64,000 nt of DNA from Candidatus Latescibacterota bacterium. Lineage in GTDB: Bacteria; Latescibacterota; UBA2968; GCA-2709665. The stretch covers positions 2,400,001 to 2,464,000 of the forward strand of contig OZ220733.1 of the NCBI GenBank assembly GCA_965116875.1. The letters are read 5' to 3'. Shown one piece after another: positions 60,758-64,000 of the stretch (within the stretch, counting starts at the first letter, position 1; each line of letters opens with the position of its first letter). The notes under the pieces were generated by a model. It did not search any database. It saw only the letters and a list, made by a program, of their open reading frames with translations, and had not been told where the DNA came from. Both the position numbers and the translations under genes were made by a program.

Positions 60758-60798
60758 ATTATACACAGTATAATAATGAAATATCGGCTATTAGTCAA
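60758..60798 (-). promoter_or_regulatory. Promoter and operator palindrome of the RHH-GNAT-HTH operon
   Basis: Minus strand ttgact-17 bp-tattat; palindrome attatac-aca-gtataat (60758-60774) overlaps the -10. Confidence 0.65.
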
Positions 60799-61541
60799 AT
60801 GATAATTACATAATATATGATCATTAAATAGCTACCTTTTAGCTGCACATTGCATACACTTTCGGCAGCCGCGGTGATTTAATTAATGAAGTCTCGTCCG
60901 CGAAAACATCAATTCGAACACCGGATCGAGATCTGTAAAGGTTACCGCTAAGAAGCTGCTTAGAAAATAACACGATAAACTGCGAAGAAACGAAACTACG
61001 AGACTACGAAAAACGAAAAACGCAGCGATGAATAATCCGTGGCTGAGATCAATTGCCACAATAGGCCCAAAACCACAATGTTGCACGTCAGCCTGACAAT
61101 GCATCGATTTTCATCATAGTGGGTGCCCCACAGAGCACATGGCAACTGTTTTAGAATTACCGGTGAGTTCCCGAGCGCGAGCGAAAAAGTGGCGGACAAG
61201 GAGGGAAAATCCGCCCATATACGAATGTATCGTGGCTGCGCGCCCCTCGCCACTCTTGGGTGGATTTGACCAACGCCGACCGGCGCTTTTGCAGCTGCGC
61301 GATGACCGCTGGGAGTTTTAAGACAGCTTTTAAAGAGATTTGCCAACGAATGGGCCTGATAACGACACAAGTGCCACGCGGAGCACCCATCTGAAGAAAT
61401 GAAGGGGCGACCTGAGAATCGTCCTGTCGCCAACCGAAGTACCGATTGATGCCCGGGCTTCGGTCGCGGGGAACCTGCCTCTTTCCAAATTTACCCTTTA
61501 CGCAACCCCTGTTTCTGTTTATATTCGCCCGGTCTTTGTAG

Positions 61542-63053
<1,512 letters not shown>

Positions 63054-63112
63054 CGGGAATAAACCTCGGGCCCACGTCACGCGACCGCGTCAGCCTGAAC
63101 TTCGTCCCTGCG

Positions 63113-64000
63113 TCATCTCACCAGGCGTCTGAACAGATCCTCCCGCATCTCGCAATGCAGCAGTTCATCCAGCCGCCCGTTCTCCAATCCATCCCGGATC
63201 ACCGCGAAACTCTCCCTCACCGCCGCCTCGGTGTGGTCCAGCGCCACGTCGTCGTGCGCGCAGTTGAAGAAGAATCCCGTGGAAAGGATCAGGCCCCGTT
63301 TCGCGTTTTCCTGGATGAAGAGCGTAGTTACCTTCCTGGCGTCCTCAGGGTCGTCTACCTGAAAACGGATGCCCGGGTGGGCGGCAACGCCCACGCATTC
63401 GGCGTCCACGCCCACGTCCCCCGCCGCCCGGTTGATCCTCTCTTTGAAGGACGCCCCGATCCGTTCGAAGTGCGCCACCGCGTCCCGCCGTTCCAGCTCC
63501 CTGACGGTCGTCAGCGCGGCCACGATTCCGATCGGGTCGTCCCAGTACGCGCTCGAAATGAACATTCTCGAAACCGGCTCCATCACCTCCCGCCTGCCCA
63601 CCACGGCAGCCATCGGATACCCGTTTGAGATCGCTTTCGCGAACACGGACAGATCGGGCACCACGCCCGTGAACTCCTGTACCCCGCCCAATGCGATTCG
63701 AAAACCGCATGACACTTCGTCGAAAATGAGTACCACGCCGTACTTTGTCGCCAGCGCGCGCACCCCCTCCAGGTATCCCGGCGGCGGCAACTCCGTGCGC
63801 ATCGGCTCCATGATGATGCAGGCGACGTCATTGAGGTTCGCCTTCAGCAGGTCCTCCAGCATCTGCAGGTCGCCGTACTCGAAAGGTATCGTCGTTCCTT
63901 CCAGCGCTCCCGGTACGCCGATCGGCTCGATTCCCGGCCTGAGGTGCCCGTCGAGCCGCTCCTCGCCCAGATTTGCGGCCAGGTACCAGTCGTGCCATCC
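63113..64000 (-). CDS. Class III PLP aminotransferase (GSA-aminomutase-like), 5'-truncated by the window edge
   Basis: IIMEP, LIFDEV, PDLSVFAKAISNGYP. Confidence 0.9.
   Translation of the reverse strand, partial: GWHDWYLAANLGEERLDGHLRPGIEPIGVPGALEGTTIPFEYGDLQMLEDLLKANLNDVACIIMEPMRTELPPPGYLEGVRALATKYGVVLIFDEVSCGFRIALGGVQEFTGVVPDLSVFAKAISNGYPMAAVVGRREVMEPVSRMFISSAYWDDPIGIVAALTTVRELERRDAVAHFERIGASFKERINRAAGDVGVDAECVGVAAHPGIRFQVDDPEDARKVTTLFIQENAKRGLILSTGFFFNCAHDDVALDHTEAAVRESFAVIRDGLENGRLDELLHCEMREDLFRRLVR

Overview
GC-rich (roughly 60% by eye) bacterial chromosomal window of about 60 genes. Housekeeping and metabolic genes include dcd, pyrB, glyA, a long plant-type ilvC, sppA, cutA, a cold-shock protein, a ROK kinase, peptidases, an enolase-superfamily dehydratase, and many SAM methyltransferases, GNATs and NUDIX hydrolases. 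Accessory DNA is interspersed: at least five toxin-antitoxin-like modules plus an orphan, a type II restriction-modification pair, a frameshifted IS256, two related MITEs, several REP-type palindrome families and a lower-GC pair of MacB/FtsX permeases. The most notable candidates are (i) a three-gene RHH + GNAT + XRE-HTH operon with an operator palindrome over its promoter, (ii) an AT-rich RelE-like toxin with an unusually long, unclassified upstream partner, (iii) a pyrL-like leader-peptide attenuator before pyrB and an unrecognised structured leader with a terminator before glyA, and (iv) MITEs bracketing the R-M methyltransferase. No rRNA, tRNA or CRISPR array was recognised. All family calls come from motif recognition by eye; no database search was run.
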